From assembly GCA_012295275.1 (NCBI GenBank), contig CM022673.1:9238001-9302000 (forward strand): 64,000 bases of DNA. The letters run 5' to 3'. The notes beneath the pieces were generated by a model, which was given only the letters and a program-made list of their open reading frames with translations, searched no databases and was not told the origin of the DNA. Of the stretch, positions 14,010 to 29,051 are shown one piece after another. Every line of letters starts with the position of its first letter. Positions within the stretch are counted from its first letter, which is position 1. Position numbers and translations under genes: made by a program. This DNA is from Chrysomallon squamiferum. Its lineage: Eukaryota > Animalia > Mollusca.

Positions 14010-15264
14010 AATAATTACAACAACAACAACAACAAAACAGTGTTTGTAATAGCAGAACATTATGATGCTAAACATATAAATAAATTTAAAAAATATATTA
14101 TTTACAAAATAACATATTAATCGCTATAATTTGATATACGATCAAAACGAAATATAAATCTACTTTGTATTATTATTTCCATAGTTAAATACACATGATT
14201 TTATTTCTTTGAAATGAACATTTTATACTTTCTGATTGGTCTACAATCTTGTATATTACGCACTAAATGGAGTATTATATAATACAATTTCCGGCCTTCT
14301 TTTTTACAAACACATTATGTTCAGTGAACGGTCACGTCCTGTATCAGTGAGTATTTTCATTATATAAAAAAAATTCTCTACAAAATTTCATAATCCCTGT
14401 TTTTAAATAATACTATAATTTATGTCAGAATAAAGGTAAAGGATAATTTATTATTCAAAAATCGTCTTTTTAATTTTTTTTACATAATGAAGTCAGTTTT
14501 AGGAAGATATATATTTTTCAGAAATTATTGCTGGAATAAATTTTAATGGAAACAAACTCTTAAAGGATAAAAGGATTTGGTGCAAAAAAAAGAGAATGTT
14601 TGTAATGAAAAAAAAAACGAATGAAAGAACGAATAAACAAATGAATGAATATTTGTTAAAATACATTTTCAACACAACTGATCTTAACGATTATTAAGTA
14701 TGAGATAAATAACAATAATAATAAAACCAGCGAAGAGATATTTTTTTAACCAACAAGATTCGCGAAAATACACAACACGACATTTGGGCAATCCAGTCAT
14801 AAAGAACAGGTTGAACTGGGAAAAATAAATTAAAAACTCATTTTACTTAAACTAATTGCTATAATTATTTCTTACATATATATATATAATTTTTTCTCTC
14901 AAAAATAAATTTTTTAACCCAGTATCAGTATTTATTTTCATAACAGAATCACGCGTGTTCCTAAGTCACACTCATGTAACATCTGTGGTGTGTACCAGTT
15001 GGGAAACTGGATCTATTCTTTAGGTAAAGAAAAACATTTGTACGAGTAAATCAATAACGTATCTAAATACTACACGCACACAGTGTTTGTGCACACGTTC
15101 TTGCGACAAACTCGACCATGGTTAATACCAGCTCATGTTTATTTCTCGTGTTTCAAGAACAGTAACTATTGCTGCTTTCGAAATTGATATTACTTTTACT
15201 GTTGTTGATAATACTAATGCTGAAACTGCAGCTAATTTCGGTGGGTGAAGTTTTACTACTACCA

Positions 15265-15495
15265 CTACTTACTACTACTACGACTACTACTACTATTATT
15301 ACTACTACTATTACTACTATTTCTACTATTATTACTTTTAATCTTGCCACTAGTATTACTTCTACTACTATTACTATTACTACTACTACTATTACGACTA
15401 CTACTACTATTATTATTACTACTATTACTACTATTTCTACTATTATTACTTTTAATCTTGCCACTAGTATTACTTCTACTACTATTACTATTTTC
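15265..15495. repeat. Tandem duplication (~114 bp) of a degenerate (TAC/TAT)n tract
   Basis: Segment ...CTACTATTATTACTTTTAATCTTGCCACTAGTATTACTTCTACTACTATTAC... occurs twice. Confidence 0.85.
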
Positions 15496-18400
15496 CTAGT
15501 AGTATAAATTTCTGCTACTACTACTACTTTTACTACCTTTTACTACTTTTATCATGCTTCTGCAGCTTATAACATTTCTACTATTGCGTCTACATTTACT
15601 TTAGCTACTGTTTCAACTTTTATTATTCCTACTATTACTACATTATTTCTTCGTTATTGTTATTGTTGCTTTAAACAGACAGTTATCAATAATAACGTCA
15701 TTAGTAATAATGAAAAAAATGAATATTCAGTTTAGGTGAACGTTATATAATATGGATTAACAGATATATTTACAGATAAAAGTTAGCCACACTGACACAG
15801 ACAGACAGACAGATAGACAGGAAGATAAACAAACAGATATATAGATAAATAGATAAATATATATAGGTGTGTGTATGTAAATTATATGTATGTATGTGAG
15901 TGTGTGTGTGGTGTGTATGAACACCTTTACATCCTGTTGCATTCCACGTGATAAATAAATGGTATCAGTGAACAAAACAAAACAAAAAATTTAAAAAATT
16001 GATGCAATCCCAAAATAGAACGTGCTAAATGGACTCTAAAATATTCGATGATATATTTTTGCTGCGTGAATTCATGACATATATTTATGAGGTCAGTCCA
16101 AATTTTACGAGAGTTCGCGCTCCAATCGAGGGTTTTTTCCTTGTCACAGTTGCAAAATAAAATGCAACACCGTTTATTTATGTTTATATACACTAAGTGT
16201 CGTTGTGTAAGTATTGCCAGTTTTCGTTTTAACCTATAAACAATAGTCATTGTTAACGTAGGATACATACACTGAAATTGAAATCGTATATTCTTTATTA
16301 TTGTCTCGGTATAAAATGAAAATAGTATTTATCTCCGTCTAAATTATCACTAACTTGTACGAACTAGATTTATGTTAAATAAGGACTGTGAAAGGATGTA
16401 AACTGTTGATGATGAAAGAATAAACGAATGAATGAATTAATGATTGAAAGAATGAATGAATGAATGTGTATGTGTATTATGTTTCAGTATTTTGTAATAT
16501 TAGTATTACGCATTTGTATGTGTGTGTGTATATGTACATACATACATACATACATACATGCATAAATACATACATACATATATACATACATACATACATA
16601 TATATATATATATTACATGTATATATATATCGATATGAATGTATATATATACATGTGTATAAGCATACATGTGTGTACGCACATACTTTAGTACATAGGT
16701 AGATTTGTTTACGTATATCTATTTCTTCACACGAATCGACAGATGTATGGATGAGTCAATACATAGAAATACACGTATTTATAAATGCTCTTCGTTGAGA
16801 GGAATTTAATACAGTATATCTTTAGACAGAATGTTCGTATTCTTACTGATGGACTGATCAAAAATATAAACCTCCCATCAAACGAACGATGGATAAATTC
16901 ACAAAGATTCAACCCTAAACCACCTACATACGTTATACATTATACATTACACATACAAGTGTTATTATTCTACACTCAGAACTGAGATGTGTTAAATGAA
17001 CAGCGGTGCTGCCGAGTTTTCATTACGGAACGTATTATGGTTAATAAAGACAAAGAGATGTGTGTTTGAGTGCCAATCTATCAATAACCGTGCACGGACA
17101 AGCAGTGGTGTATTCCATACGAAGAATACAAACTCTCAATCGATAGTTTTATGATTGACACCTTCAAAAGAAATGAAACGTACGCTGGGGAAACAACGTG
17201 GATGCCTTGCAATAGAGAGGGAAAAAAAAAAAATTCTCGATTGATCGTAAAAGAAAAAAAATCGAATTTCTTGCCACAAAACTTTGATGTGGATGCTTTA
17301 AATAACAAAGAGGGTGTCGGGGCGCCTGTTAGCGCATGTTTCATGCTGCATGTTTGGTATGCATCCCTGGCATTAAAACACATGACTTAATGTGAAATTT
17401 ATCGATACGCTCGTCAAAGGATCTATTCATCGGCGTCATAAACAGTTTGCTTAGGTGACCATTTCGCGTACTAAACGCACAGTGGAAAGTTATAAATCTC
17501 TCCGTGTCATGTCACCACTTTAATTTATTTTATGGAAAAAACGAATACCGAAGATGAATAATAATTAAAAAAAAAAAAAAAAAAAAAAAATTAGAGATAT
17601 TTTCTAAGTTTTAAATATATTTTACTGAAAAATTAAAATTAAAAAAAAAAAAAAAAAAAAAAATGAATGTGTGTCCGCTATGAATATAGAAAATCGAAAA
17701 TAGTAAAGTTCTGGGATATCATTTTTTTTTTTTTTTTTTTTTATTGCATTTGGTTGTGGTACGTTTTCAAATATCTACGAATATAATAAATAGTTTATAG
17801 ATTTCTGAATAAACCCTTTGTATGTAGGTTTTTATGAATATATCTATATATGTACATATTTATGTATGCATGTATTTAGGACTAATGTAAATATATTTAT
17901 ATAGGAAATAGCATTCATATGAAAAAAAACACCTAAATTATGATGATGATAAGTGATAGTGATGGCGCTGATGATAACACTGATGACTACAGTAATAATG
18001 ATGATGATGATGATGATTAACAAGATGATTTATTAACTAATCCTTAATTCCCTTTGCACGCATCAGTTGGCAAAGATAAATTAAACCTTCTTTCAAACAG
18101 CCCATCCATACTGTCAGCTCTTTTCTCCATCTTCCTCAACTTTCCTTTCCGTAACAAAAAAAAACAAAAAAACCAAACAAAAAACAAACAAAAAAAAAAA
18201 ACCGGCGTAATAAAGACATAAATATCACAGGTAATTACCTAACTGATCACCGTCAGTATGATTCCACAAACAATATTTCAAAACACACAGCAGCAACGCT
18301 TGGGAGGAGAAAGAAACATTTTGGTTTCTGACTAAATTTTTTTTTTTTATTATTATAAAGAATAATTGTTTGCTTTATATGCATGTGTTTTCGAGGAAAA

Positions 18401-18725
18401 TGGAGAATATTTTAGCTGTAGGATTCTGTGTATTTGTAAAAAATATTTTATATTTTTTATTTATATATTTTGTTTTTTTTTACATTTGACTGTTCGTGAA
18501 AACTAAAAAGAATAATTTTTTTTATATACTTTTTTTATATACTCGTGAGAGTGAAAGTTTCGGAAAGCCTACCAATCCGTTAACGCCATGCCGGGGTTCC
18601 CGTGTTTTGACACGGGAACACAGCTAGCTAATGTATCATACTTGCAATGATTCAAAAACAAACGTGCAAATATGGCAGTTATGAAGTGCCGGGTCCTAAT
18701 GTCGTCTCGTTTTTCTCTTTCACAG

Positions 18726-18821
18726 AGGAAGAAACGAGTCCGAATAGCGCCAACGCTAGCGAGGCAGGCAGCCCGAGCAGCAACTCAAACAGTCTGCTCA
18801 AAAAACACAGCAGAAAACGGG
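18726..18821 (+). CDS. Pax6: Pax6 N-terminal exon, 96 nt, phase 1-1 (EEETSPNSANASEAGSPSSNSNSLLKKHSRKR)
   Basis: TTTTTCTCTTTCACAG| acceptor and CGG G|GTAAGT donor. Open frame, GC-rich versus flanks, joins in frame to G-HSGVNQ. Confidence 0.8.
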
Positions 18822-18848
18822 GTAAGTCTATCTTTTCATCATGTCGTA

Positions 18849-18884
<36 letters not shown>

Positions 18885-18889
18885 GTGTT

Positions 18890-19400
18890 GTTGTTTTTTC
18901 AGAACTATCTGTGTATAGATGTTTTTAAGACATAGGTGTGTGTGTGTGTGTGTTTGTAGATTTTCTGAGAATTGCGGGTATATATTTTCTCAGAATTGTG
19001 TGTGTAATAGATTTTCTCAGAATTTTGTGTGTATAGATTTTCCCAGAATTACATGTGTTTATAGATTCCCATGGTAGTGTGTTGTAGATTCTCCATTGTT
19101 ATGTACATTTAAACATTTTCATAGTTATGTGTTATTGTAATAATTATGTGTCTTTATATATATCTCATAATCATATGTGTTTATATATTCTCATAATTAT
19201 ATGTCTTTATATATTCTCATAATTATGTGTCTTTATATATGTCAGAATTATATGTCTTTGTATATGTACATAAGTATGTGTCTTTATATATTCTCATAAT
19301 TAAGTCTTTATGTATTCTCATAACTTTGTTTATATATGTCATATTTATATGTTTATATATACCCACAACTATGTTTGTTTATATATACTATATTTTATTA
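18890..19400. repeat. Degenerate ~26-bp minisatellite
   Basis: Recurrent units TAGATTTTCTCAGAATT(A/G)TGTGTGT grading into TTATATGTCTTTATATATTCTCATAA. Confidence 0.8.
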
Positions 19401-19748
19401 AGTATATGTACTTAATATTATGATAATCGTACATATTCTCAACGTTTTACAAAAATATATACAATTTAAAATTTAAAAAAAAAAAATACCAATAAAAGCC
19501 CCCAAAACAGAATTTATTCTTTTGTGGATAAGTTTGTTAATATATGTTATAATCATAGATGTATTTTGTCATATGTATATGGCATTGTACTAAATGGTTT
19601 TTAAACAGTTTATTTTATTTTATTTTTATTTTTTGTTATTTGTTATTTTTTATTATTATTTTTTTAAATATGACTTTGCTAAATTCATTTCTATCTAATA
19701 CAATAAGCCTGTGTTGCTGTTGTTGCTATTGTTTAATGTTGTTGTTAC

Positions 19749-19809
<61 letters not shown>

Positions 19810-20665
19810 GTCATCGTCATCATCATCATTGTTATTTTCTTACTTTTAGAAATAAAATAAACACATGAAGAAAAGTAAAAACAAAAATAGAAATCTTTAA
19901 AATACACACACTGTATTGAACTCTACTTAATATCCGGATTCGTAACATAAATAAGTTTATACCTTTTTACTTAACTTACTTTTTTTTTCTTCAGATTAAC
20001 ATAATTCTAAACTGATTTCATTTGCGCTTTGTTAAAACCGCTCAGTACTTGAAAACCCGGCAGATTAGCGGTATAATTAAATCGTTTATAACTGTATTAG
20101 TATTTCGTAAAGCTTTTTTTTTTTTTTTTTTTTTTTGTGAGGTGAGTTAAAGGTGTGTGTAGGTAGAGGTAGGGTAGGGGATGGTTCATTGTTTATTTGT
20201 GATAAGAATGCGTTCAGAGATTTTACAGAAAAAAAAATATTTTTAAAAATTTATTTAGAAAGTTAGTTGCAACGTAAATCAAAGTAAGTAAAAAAAAAGA
20301 ATTAATTTAAAAATATAATAGCAATGAAATAATAAAAAATAAGGATGGTAGTAGTAGTAGTAGCAGCAAACATAATAATAAGAAGAACAAGAACAAGAAC
20401 AAGAACAAGAACATGAAAATACTAGTAACAACAAAAACGATAACAACAACAACAATAACAATAACAGGAACATCAACAAAACTATATTAATAACAATAAT
20501 AATAAATAAATCATTTATAAAGATAAATATTTCCAAGTATTTTTTCATTTTCTATTTATTTATTTATTCATTCATTCATTCATTCATTTAATTTAATTTA
20601 ATCTCTTTCTTATTTATTTATTAATTTTATTTCTAATTTAAAAATACACACACGCATACATGTAT

Positions 20666-20708
<43 letters not shown>

Positions 20709-21423
20709 GAATTAAACATAAATTTATCTGTCTATCTAATCTAATCTATCGATCCAGTTACCTATATATTTAATTTATTCCTTCAGTCTGTCATTCGTTT
20801 ACTCATTATCATAGTCTGTTTAAAAATAAAAATATTATCCTTTTGCACTACGTTACATTATTATTATTATATTCACTAGTCATTTAATCATGACATTCAT
20901 AATCATCTTCTCATTCACTAATCACGTTTCATGTATAATTTTTTTTCTTTCTTCTCTAAACTGAGCGCAAATGTAAATTTCTTTTTTTCTTCCATAATTT
21001 TTATTTTTTTTATTTCGTTTGACCTAATAAGTTACCTCTTATACTTTTGTCTAAGCGACAAATTTCATGAAATGGACTTAGGGCAGAGCAAGAAATGTCT
21101 TTAATCGGATTTTAATGTATTTCCGATGGTTCCGTATTTTCGTCAATTGTTGGTTGTCGCCGACGCGTTGTTCTCGCAGTCGATTGGTGGTGGTCGAGGT
21201 TAACGTCGGGTTGTCAACCATTAATAATTATAGTAGTTTTAATGAAATCCCTTCAATTCGTGATTCATCTGAAATTATTCCATTCCGTAAAGGAAAAACA
21301 TTTTTAATTCCTCGGAAGTCAGATCGATGTGTTCATCAGGAACGAATATTTTTTTTATTATTATTATTATTATTTTATTATTTTCCATCATCTGCCTTTT
21401 TCAATACTGTTTTTTTTAATTAG

Positions 21424-21475
<52 letters not shown>

Positions 21476-22230
21476 AACAAACATTTAATAATAATAATAT
21501 TATATGTATTTTTACATTGTATACACATTTATTTTAAAAGTTTCAGGCAAATTTTTTTTAAATCATTTTAACCATTAAGCTGTTTTCTGACATCTTGCTG
21601 TCTAATTATATACTGAATCATACACCAAAAGAAATGGGGGTGAAAAAAAGGAAATAAAACAGGAGAAAAAAAAAAAGAGTTCCCAGTTGTATTTTGTTTT
21701 GTCGACAGACTCAGTTTGTGGAGAATTATGTTTCAGTATCAAAGTTTGCCGTGTTTTCGTCTAACAAGCTTTGCATTCAATAACAAAACAAAAACAAACA
21801 CTTCACTGCTAACCCAAAATGGACATATACAGTTTCAGCCTCATTACCCATGTTTTGGTTTCCAGTATCCTTCCCTGCTACGTTCCCAATCCTGTTTAAA
21901 CAGAATTCGAGACTCCATTTATTAGTAAACCAAATAGGAGCGATGCAAAATCTCGGATAAAATCGCGACATATGGGGCAGACGTGTACATCAAAGCCGTT
22001 TCTAATAAAACACGTGTTTTTCACACTCAAGGTGGGAGAGAGATTTATGTCGGAAAACTAAATTGGTACAGAACAACAAGCTTCAAAATAAGATAAAATT
22101 AAATACAAAAAATAAAATAAATAAGTAAAAAAAAGTAAGAAACGTTTTTAAGATTGCCAAAGGATTTCTCTCTATGTATTTATCTTCTCCTATAGACATT
22201 TACAGATGAACATGCACGTACTTACTTTCA

Positions 22231-22264
<34 letters not shown>

Positions 22265-23234
22265 TACACCCACACACAAATACATAGACACATACCAAAA
22301 ATGACCACATAGACACATACACACATACGCACACAAATACAAACACACACATATTTATATACATACTATAATATAACGTTTACAATGGAACTGACTAAGC
22401 TCTCTGCATGTTTTCTTAAATCTTCAGTCCGCTCCAGAAGATTTGCTATGATATTGTAATTGTGTACAAACAGAAACCAACATCAGGGGAGGGTGAACAT
22501 TCAACGTCTTGTTCCTGTATTTGTTTTGTGTATCGGGTCTTGGAATGAAGCAGTTGTGTGTGTATATTTACGTTTGTCTGTTTGTAACGCTTTGACAGAC
22601 AGAAACGTTACAAACGACATATGGTGCTGGAATTGTAAATACTGGCTAAATTCACATAGAAACTAAATATACGTACATATTATATACACCGAAGAGTAAA
22701 AGAGAAAAAAAAAAAAAAAAAAAAAGAATATTTATCAGGGCTGAAAGAATGCTGAGAAACAAACATGATCGTTTTTTTTTCTGAGATACAATGCCACCAG
22801 TTGATCGTTATTTTCTTTTCATTAATTCTGGTAGGAAAAAAAACTTTTATCTGGTAGTGTTGGGGTTTTTTTCTATATTTGTTTCTGTTGCTTTTTTTAC
22901 CCCCATTATGTTAGAGAACGGTGCAGATAAATGTACCTAGTAAACTTAAAAGTCAGAGAAATTCTGTGAGTTGGTTTAACTGAGTTAAAGTTTTTGTGTT
23001 TATTCTTATAGAAACATAACTTTCATCCAAGTGGTGTTGTTTTTGTTTACATCTCCTTCTGGTTTTACCGTTACATGGAAAAATTGTTTCTCGAAAATAC
23101 TGAAAACTTTTATGAGATGTTTACCATGCTAATTTATTATGTTATTAATTCTTTTATTCCACATTTGCCTTTGTTAATATTATTATCTTTAATATTATTT
23201 ATAGTAATAATAATTTCAGTACTAATAATACATC

Positions 23235-23295
<61 letters not shown>

Positions 23296-25885
23296 GATTA
23301 TTGTTATTGATTATTTTATTTTTCCTTATTTTATTCTATGTTATTGTATTTACTGTTAGCGGGATTTTTTTACAGTTATGTGAACTGAATTAAAAAAAAC
23401 ACAAAAAAAAAAAACCCAATAAAAAAACAAACATAATAATCTGATTTTATTTGGTTATCTCAACTTCCAAAGCAAGAAATGACTGTAAGTTTTTCTAGAA
23501 ATGCAATTACAGAAATAAAATCTAAACGTGGAAATATATCTCTTTTTTAAATCACCTACAACGTAATTAAATTCAAAGGTTTTCTTAATTTAGACTGAAG
23601 AGATTTAAATAAAAAAAAAGTTTAAAAAAATAAATTAAATTTTTACTTTTTTAAAGTTACACAGAAATAATGGTAGAAGGAAAGAAAATATATTACAGAA
23701 AAGAAAAGAAAAAATGCAGTTACATATATATATATTATATATGTATTTAAGTATGAATATATATATATATATATCAAAACCAAATAATTATAAAATTATG
23801 ATTAAAAAGTATTAAAAAGGCACATTAATATTTTTTTTTTATTAATTTTTTTTTTTTTTTTTTTTTTAATATAGCAAATACGCCGAAAGTTCATGTTTAT
23901 GCGTGGAAAATATTTGCAAATAATAATTAAGTTAAGAACTGTTATAAAATTCATGTTAATATAATTGTTATGGCTGTGTGAAAGTTATTGTGATGTCAAA
24001 GATTTATAAAATTAACAGTGACAGGCTTTCAGATAATATATAAATTATTATTGTCATACCAGAGTCCAGTGTACAATGTACGTGTATGAAAGACTGGGGA
24101 GAAAAAAATAATCTTTAAATTTAAAGTAAATGAAAAATAATTAAATAAATAAATAAATTAATAAAATGATTACCGCTATAAAATGTGTGTCTATAACAAC
24201 GCTAAAACAATAATGTATATATATGTATGTATGTATATAATCAACTGGCTGTTTCATAAACAATAAGATATTTTCACATTTAGCACATCGACTTGAACGT
24301 ATAAATTCATGTACCTTTTTACACCAATCAATCAACCATTTCAAACCTACTCGTATCAACTGACGGTTTAAGAACGACCGTCGTGGACATTATAATCCTA
24401 AAAATCTTAATACTTTATAAGAGAATTAATACAGAATGGAGATGATTACACGATTGTTACTCGGGGTCACGGTGGTGAACCAGTTTACTAGTTCGTGTAT
24501 TTCCTATCCAAACGTCAGCGATGCAGAAATAACAACACTTATACCTTTGTGGTCAAGAATTCTATTAGCAATTCTTTGGTTCTGTTTCCATTGCCTTATG
24601 AAAACATATGGGCTTAATAGTCCATTGTTAACTGTGGTTTCTACTCTTTTTTTTATTTCTCTATTGGTTTTTAAGTCAACTTGCTGTCCGAAATTTCCCA
24701 TGCTGTTTTCGAGTGCTTGTTCACCTTATAGAAAAATCACCGTTCTTTTTATTTATTTTTTTCACTGTAATATTTCCAAGCATTGTTCAAATTTTGTCTT
24801 CTTTGCCTCACTGGTAAAGGCAAGCTTAACTCAGAGAAGTTCGCACTTTTTTTTTTTTTTTTTTTTTCTGACTTATCTCCGTGTTGTCCTTTTCATATTC
24901 TCGTTTTTATTGTTGGGATAAATAATGACTTTTTTACTAGTACTCTCTCTTTTTCTTTCGATAAACCAGAGACTGAGAGATAAAAAGGCAGAACATTTTT
25001 CTTGTTTGAGAGGCTGTCAGAATGGAAGTATAGAAAAGTGGATAAAACTCATCAAAACTAACATTTCTTTTCAAGAGCGCAGAAGTATGATACTGATGAA
25101 AAATTATTCCCTTTTTTATTATTGATACATTCATCCGTCTTTATGACTGTGCTTCTTTTTATACTGTCCTCTGTGATAGCTCCTTTCGTTCGTTAGTTAT
25201 TCTTTCATTTCTGCTCATTTATTTTTCATTCATTGAAACTTTCTTTCCTTTATTCATTCTATCTTTCCTTTTTTTTTCATTACCACTACGGCTGTTTGTA
25301 GTTCTGTTACCACTTTTGTTACTGTTGCTGTTATAACCACCATTACCATCATTGAATTGGAATTATTATTGTTGTTATTATTATTATTATTATTATTAAT
25401 ATTATTATTATTATTATTATTGGTTATTGTTGTTATGGTTGTCATTGTTGCAACAAATTTATCAACATTTAGCATGAATGACATTTTAAATTTATTACCT
25501 ATGACTGCACATCCGAGCATGAATTCCTTCTAAGACAAAATATGAAAAAAAAAAAAAAAAAATTAAACAAAATCCATTCAAACTTAGCACAGTCAGAACA
25601 CGTGTATTTCTGAACCTCAGTGGTCAGCAAGCCACATAATTTGTCATCGACTCCTAGATTGATGCGTTTTATTGTAAGTGCCTGTTTTTCATCTCTGCCT
25701 CATGTTGCCATTACTGGCGAAAAATTTGCCAGTGGAAAAAGCCGTGGCGAGCACAATGGTTTGTTCAGGCTAATGGCTTGTAATCAGAGGCGATGATGAA
25801 GGACTAGTCAATTACGTGAAAATAATGCAGAGATCGCGAGCGAAACAAACCAGAGAGAACATGTTGTCGTATCTGCATTATGTAC

Positions 25886-26190
25886 AAAATACGAAACTAG
25901 GGACCCTAATCAGCTCTGCTTAAAAATGCAAAGTACGATACTAGGTGACTTGGCCAGGTCTGATACGAAACAATCCTTTACAACTAGCTCTGCTTTAAGT
26001 AAGAAAATACCAATCAATTCTTTCCAGCTAGCTTTGATTAAGACATTAAAACTCGAAATATGGCCACCCTGACTAGCTTTACTTCAAGTCTAAAATACGA
26101 AACAATTTTATCATATTAGCTCTGCAAAAACACAAAACACAAAAACATCCGGCAAAACCAACCTCGTTTTAGAACGCAAAATACGAAACA
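25886..26190. repeat. Degenerate ~44-bp minisatellite (~7 units)
   Basis: AAAATACGAAAC...TAGCTCTGC motif recurs at roughly 44-bp spacing. Confidence 0.65.
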
Positions 26191-26646
26191 AGCGACTCCA
26201 CGAATCTGACATTGTGAGCGCGTGTTATGGTGGTATTTGCATGGAAAGTATAACCATCAATTTTCATTATTAAAGGCAAGGAAATGTGTAGCTTGACGTT
26301 ATTTGTAGTCGATTTATGGCTTGTTATTTGAACAATGAATGGGAAAAGATGTACCGGGTTGCCCCTCTTAAAGTGTTCATCGCTTCTGCCCTTTTTGTTC
26401 TTTCTTTCTTCTTTTTTTCGAGGCGTTCAGGGCGGGTATTTTGACTGTCGAATATCTGTGATGTTATCCTGTTATTACGTTGTTTATAATGAAATAACAG
26501 TAGTTAAATTTCACAGCTGCAAAAGAAAAATAGTGAAAACGTAGAAGCAAGGAAACTTGAACAACAGTTTAAGAAAATTATCCTCCTTTAATGCCTGTCA
26601 CATGTCTGGTAATTTGATGTCCAGTATATGTTCGCGGTGGATACAG

Positions 26647-26677
<31 letters not shown>

Positions 26678-26771
26678 GTGCATATACATATAAATAAATA
26701 CATTTTTTTAATATATCTGTCTATCAACATATATCGATCTCTCACTCTTTCTCTTTTGCATTTTCAGATTG

Positions 26772-26810
<39 letters not shown>

Positions 26811-26840
26811 CTCTCTCTTTCTCTCTCTCTCTCGCACACA

Positions 26841-26875
<35 letters not shown>

Positions 26876-28318
26876 TTTCTTTTTCTTCATTTCTATCACC
26901 CTTTAAAACACAATCAATTCCCCACACGGATGAATAATCATAACCCGTCCGAGCTAAATTTATTAAGAATCGTGCCAATGAAATGCCACGCAACTAACCT
27001 TCCCTCATTATCTCTCCCAAACAGTTTAGCCCATCTGCAGAGCCCGAACCACGTAATGGGCTAAAGTTATCGTAGCCGCTAATATGAAACAAGTGCAATT
27101 ATTGGTATGTTATCTGCCTCTTGAGTTACCCCCCGTCGAGATGACTTTAGTTAGCGGTCTCTTTGTGGGGGAATATATTAAAGGCGGACGTTAAACTAAT
27201 GATAAAAATAACTGGCTGCAACTAATTTTGCAAGAAGCGAAAAAAAAAAAAAAGAAAAAAAAAAGCCTTGGTAACAAACACGTGTTATGATTATATGCCG
27301 TGATGGACGCGAATTTCTACGCCTGGCTTTCATAGTTTGCTCATATTATTTAAAAAGCAATAACAATATTAATTTTTAAATAAATCGTTAGAGCTATTCT
27401 TCGAGCTGCCATATTAGAACGGTTGTATAAACGGTTCATATTTTTTTATTTTTTTTTTATTTTTTTTTTAATGTTGTCAACTGCTGCTGTTATTCATTGT
27501 TATTGTGATGGCGGTGAAATTTTCATTTCTATTTTATTTTGTCGTTCAGTTGTTTTGTTATTTTCGTATCATGAATATCTATAAATAGACGTAATAATAA
27601 AATGTTAGCTCTTGACATTAACTCATTTGTCTTTTTAATCTGTTTTTTGTTTCTGGTTGCTTGTTTGACTTTTTCAGGGTTAGTTGGTTAACGGTTAATC
27701 GTTTATTTCGAAAAATCGTATAAAAAATAAAAAAAATTATTAATGCTTTTTTAAAATGTATACACACTGTAGCTGCTACCATCGTCATAATCAATGTCAA
27801 CATTATCATCATCAACCGCAATTATTGTCATATTATATTGTTGTTGTTGACGTTGATGATAAAATTATTTAAAATAACAAAAACGATTTACAAAATAACA
27901 ATAATAATAAAAACAATATTTGATACCTGATAACCGTTTATATTAAAATAAAGTTTTCTCTTCAAATATTCATCAATAATTCCCATTACGCATATTGACT
28001 TCTATTTCATTTAAACAAAAGAGAACCATTAACTTACATCAACACATTAACGTTTGATATATGACGTGATATGAAACTCTCGCACGAGCCGCGGGAGAGC
28101 GAGAACTCTACCGATGACAAGACACCATTTAACAGTAGCTATCAAATAGCGAGACAGACGTCATAAAGAGGGGTTAGAAACATCGTGTCGAGCCATGCTG
28201 ACAAATGATGACCTTTCTAGAGCCAGAGGTTACCACTGGTCAGTCAACTGAATTTTGTTATTAAAACATGCATTTTAGAAAATAGTAAACTTTGTATAGG
28301 CTTCTTTGGATTCGTCAT

Positions 28319-28321
<3 letters not shown>

Positions 28322-28401
<80 letters not shown>
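28322..28401. repeat. Compound (CA)n(TC)n microsatellite
   Basis: Direct read. Confidence 0.95.
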
Positions 28402-28403
<2 letters not shown>

Positions 28404-28948
28404 GTTTCTCTACATTCCTTCCACCCAGGAATTCCTTTTCTATTTCCCTCTTTCTCTGTTTTTCTCCTTCTCTTTCTCTGCCTCTCACTTTTTCTCCCTG
28501 TTTCTCTTTCCATCTGTCTGTCTATCTCCCTATCTTTATATCTATCTATCTATCTTTCTATCTATCAGTGTCCCTCTGTCTTGTTCTCTCTCTTTCTATC
28601 GTTTTCTCTTTCAGCTCTCTTCTTCATCTTCTTCCAAAACACCTTCAGGCCTTGTCAAACACTCATGAATAGCTGGGTAGGATTAGTCTGTTGTTCTGTT
28701 CCCTGTTCACCAAAAAGCCGTTTCCTAGTTGTTCTTTTTTTATTATTTGTTTGTCTGCATGCATCAAGAGACGAAGAAACATTCAAACACTTGGCAGGGA
28801 AACACTAGCGGTTGTGTCCAAACAATGGAAAGTGTCTCAAATGTTGATTTAGTGAAGTGGGCTCCAAGAAAATCCCTAGCGCAAATATATTAACCAGAAA
28901 CTTGACAAATTAAAATGTGCGATAAGAGAGGCCCCGAAAATAGAGAAG

Positions 28949-28985
<37 letters not shown>

Positions 28986-29029
28986 AACAGCCATTCTGGA
29001 CAGCGCGCGTTGACATTCCATTTCGGTAT

Positions 29030-29051
29030 TGCGCGCGCGCGCGCGCGCGCA
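29030..29051. repeat. T(GC)10A palindromic CG microsatellite
   Basis: Direct read: tgcgcgcgcgcgcgcgcgcgca. Confidence 0.95.

Noticed and set aside
15153-15507. Thr-rich mucin-like, poly-Val and poly-Leu ORFs
   Set aside because: Translations of a duplicated TAC/TAT microsatellite open in several frames, with no splice signals or domain.
24436-24921. 161-aa hydrophobic ORF (and the similar one at 32514-32990)
   Set aside because: Composition reflects T-rich DNA including homopolymer runs; no recognisable motif or exon boundaries.
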